This document shows positions 63,196 to 63,570 of a stretch of 63,570 bases of DNA, one piece after another. Both the position numbers and the translations under genes were made by a program. Location: contig NC_068990.1 of NCBI RefSeq assembly GCF_001194135.2, forward strand, positions 12,668,368-12,731,937, written 5' to 3'. Each line of letters opens with the position of its first letter. Position 1 is the stretch's first letter. The notes beneath the pieces were generated by a model. The model saw only the letters and a program-made list of their open reading frames with translations, had not been told where the DNA came from and ran no database searches. The stretch comes from Octopus bimaculoides (taxonomy: Eukaryota).

Positions 63196-63570
63196 TGAGT
63201 TCTGCTGCAGCATGGAATTATTTATCTTTAGTATCATTTTGTGGTACATTTTCCAAATTTTATCCAATTAATGCTGACCAGTCCATGCTTGATCTGTTGT
63301 CTATATCTCTTATGTATAGAATGTTGTTAGTTTCCTCTAATGGAAGATTTTGCTGTCATAGTCTCCGTTAGTATCTGAATGATGAATACATTACAGATAA
63401 CATTCATCTTTAGACGGTAATGGTTGTGTCTCATGTCACACATCATTGTCTTTAGGCCATGTAAGTATCACATATCCTCGGTTTTACTAAATCGAAGATC
63501 GTCTTTATTTCATGGAAATATCTGACAACAAATCAATCATATTTCTTTTGTGTGTAATGGAAATATATAT
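63196..63570 (+). repeat. Copy 2 of the recent direct duplication, running off the window end
   Basis: Matches 59872-60246 at offset 3324. Confidence 0.9.

Overview
This is AT-rich, microsatellite-dense animal DNA from a gapped draft assembly. It is most likely an octopod cephalopod, inferred from the SINE repertoire rather than proven. The only host gene I can support is on the + strand: two coding exons (6825-7032 and 58375-58622) that splice in frame across a 51,342-bp GT-AG intron and rebuild one complete CUB domain resembling the glutamate-receptor auxiliary protein SOL-1. The rest is intronic and packed with mobile DNA: at least five SINE families, fossil RTE, CRE-like and HERO-like retrotransposons, a Tc1 transposase pseudogene, Tc1 and hAT MITEs with intact target-site duplications (TSDs), and a Helentron-type element. 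The main discovery candidate is a set of seven hammerhead-ribozyme-like motifs from four unrelated sequence families. Six are minimal type I motifs of Penelope style (5-bp stem I, an extra A after the core, palindromic stem III). One is a full-size type III candidate. One family is built as tRNA-like Pol III head + (AAT)n + hammerhead + tandem tail, and one 5'-truncated copy has a 6-bp TSD, so it looks like a retrotransposing ribozyme-bearing SINE. All folds, alignments and family assignments were made by eye, and SINE boundaries are approximate. Nearly all ORFs in the supplied track are microsatellite, gap or repeat artefacts.
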